A DNA stretch of 64,000 bases from Chiloscyllium plagiosum (lineage: Eukaryota), in NCBI RefSeq assembly GCF_004010195.1, contig NC_057718.1, positions 91,265,916 through 91,329,915 on the forward strand, in the 5' to 3' direction. The position numbers were made by a program, and so were the translations under genes. Shown piece by piece: positions 61,757 through 64,000 of the stretch (within the stretch, counting starts at the first letter, position 1; every line of letters starts with the position of its first letter). The notes beneath the pieces are model-generated. The model did no database searches, had not been told where the DNA came from, and worked only from the letters and a program-made list of their open reading frames with translations.

Positions 61757-63229
61757 TAGAACCTTTTCATTAAGTCTTTCATTGATTTCACTTGCAAATG
61801 CTTAAGTTACTTGTTTTTATTTTTATTAACCTTTTTTGCAGCTTTTCTTCATTGTGCATAGTCAAATGACCACTTTTCATTTACAGCCTTAAAGTAGTAA
61901 ATAATGCCAGTTTTTCTGACTTTGGGAAGCCGCATGCTGTCTGCTTCTTTTTGTACACCTGCACTTTCCACCAGCAGTCATTAGATAATGATCCATAATA
62001 AAAATGAAAAACCTTACTCAACGGCAGTGTGCTACATCAATCTCACACCTCCACTACATGGCAGCAGTTTACGCAACAAACATACTGTGAGGACCTCAAA
62101 TATGCAACCATGTCTCAAAATCTTAAGGGAGTAGTCTTCACAAAAGTTCATGGAGGGATCTGTAGGTCAGGGGATCTTGGCACTGTAAGTCAAAGGCAGC
62201 CTCCGACACAAAGGCAGCCTCTCGAGGATTGACCATAGTCAGGCATCCAGTAAAGGTGTTCTTGATCAGGAGGTTCATGCCTTTGCAGCCCAGAACGTGG
62301 TTCACGATCAATCGTGTAGTGCCATAGTAGACTGTCCTATACGTGAAGCTGATCTGGTCATAGAGATGTACAGTCATCAGTCATGAGTCTGATTGGTGTG
62401 CTGAGGTGGCTGGGCTGAATCAGTTTGTTGGGTACAACCACAGAAACTAAAGGAAAAGGGGGATAGGAGGTATAGACTGGGCTACAGGAAGGTGATTCGA
62501 GAACACGTTCACTGTGATTGGAGTTGAAGGCTGGAATGGATGGGGGATGACAATTGTGAAGAAGGAAACTGTATTTATACGGAGGGATTATGGTACAACA
62601 TGGATAGGAATAGGGTCACACGGAGGAGATTTTGTCCAAGTTCAAGTGCACACTGAGCTGGAATTCAAAAGTGCGCAGCGAAGAACAAAATGGCTGTGAC
62701 CACACTCAGTGGGTGGATTAAGTGTCAACTTGAGAGAAAGGGGGCATCAATAGCCACCAATCTGAAGCCCTTTAAAGGACAAAACATTTCAAACAGACTC
62801 TGCATTGCTTATGACACATAACTGCTGGCCCCCAATCCCTGGTAATCTTAAAGTAAGGGCTCCCAGTTCACCACCTTGTCCCAGATATTGCTGACCACCT
62901 CTTTCATGCAGCACATTTACCCAAGAAAGTAATAGGGGTGTGTTTTAGGACAAGGGGCAATGGTTTCAGCATAACCAATAGCCTTATATACGCCTTGTCC
63001 ATCTTGCTTTCATGTGCTGCAACAAGCACTCAATACAGAATTCGATTCATGATGCATCCTGTATCAATATTCGTTAGGCATCATGCTAGCACAGGTAACA
63101 TTTGTGGCAGAGGATCAAGCAATTAGATGAGGAACGAACTAATCAAATTTATACAAATGTGATACTTCATAAGCAGTGCAATATCACCCAAGTCATTAGA
63201 GTGCCCTCGAAAGGTTTTCTTCTTTTCAT

Positions 63230-63740
63230 TGATAGTCACAGGTGAAGTGCTGAAAGATTGGAGGTTGGTTAACGTGGTGCTACTATTTAAGAAAGATGGT
63301 AAAGAAAAGCCAGAGAACTATAGGCTGTGAGCCTGACCATTAATGGTGTGCAAGTTATTGGAGGGAATCCTAAGGGACGGATTTACATGTATTTGGAAAG
63401 GCAAGAACTGATTAGGTATAATCAGCATGGTTTTGTGTGTGGGAAATCATGTCTCACGAACCTGATTGAGTTTTTTGAAGAAGTAACAAAGAGGATTGCT
63501 GAGGGCAGAGTGGTGGACGTGATCTATATGAGCTTCAGTAAGGCATTTGACAAAGTTCCTCATGAGAGACTGGTTAGCAAGTTTAGATCTCATGGAATAC
63601 TGGGAGAATTAGCACAGAAGACAGGGTAGTGGTGGAGGATAGCTTTTCAGACTGGAGGTCTGTGACCACAAATATTGGTCCTGAGTTCATTACTTTTCAT
63701 AACTTATATAAATGATTTGAAAGTGAACACAGAAGGTATA
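63230..63740 (+). mobile_element. CR1 RT fragment
   Basis: DWRLVNVVLLFKK, QHGFVCGKSCLTNLIEFFEEV, SKAFDKVPH. Confidence 0.9.
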
Positions 63741-64000
63741 ATTTGGAGATGCCTGTGTTGGACTGGAGTGTACAAAGTTAAAAATCCACAACACCAAGTT
63801 ATAGTCCAACAGGTTTAATTGGAAGCACACTAGCTTTCAGAATGACGCTCCTTCATCAGGTGATAGTGGAGGGCTCGATCGTAACACAGAACTTATAGCA
63901 AAAATTTGCAGTGTGATGTAACTGAAATTATACATTGAAAAATTGATTGTCTGTTAAGCCTTTCATCTGTTAGAATACAGTGATAGTTTCACTTCTTTCA
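63741..64000 (-). mobile_element. PLE family 2 terminal region (runs off the window) with hammerhead core at ~63828-63862
   Basis: Near-identical to 21349-21556. Minus strand reads CAC-CTGATGAA-GGAGC-GTC-ATTCT-GAAAGCTA-GTG. Confidence 0.82.

Overview
Eukaryotic, repeat-rich intronic DNA from a cartilaginous fish (shark), inferred from many HE1/V-SINE copies, esterase-ORF1 CR1 LINEs and shark-type Penelope-like elements (PLEs). The only host gene is CFAP61 (C20orf26) on the + strand. Seven internal coding exons (6481-6520, 23163-23302, 28633-28759, 35344-35421, 39786-39992, 40587-40721, 61133-61260; 855 nt) have AG/GT boundaries and splice into one stop-free frame; the gene starts and ends outside the window. 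The rest is largely decayed and often nested transposons. Main observations: (1) A solo LTR (8739-10566, TG..CA, 5-bp TSD GCTTC) has been hit repeatedly at its TATA box by 5'-truncated, poly(A)-tailed Tx1-clade L1-like 3' ends, with the target motif repeated six times. This is a candidate LTR-promoter-targeting site-specific retrotransposon with transduced cargo. (2) Three, possibly four, PLE families each carry their own minimal hammerhead-ribozyme variant with different but paired stem II sequences; one copy is intact (26108-26142). (3) There is a PLE-in-PLE insertion with a 13-bp TSD and a large inverted repeat. Family names come from recognition only (no database search), and TE boundaries are approximate unless a TSD is quoted.
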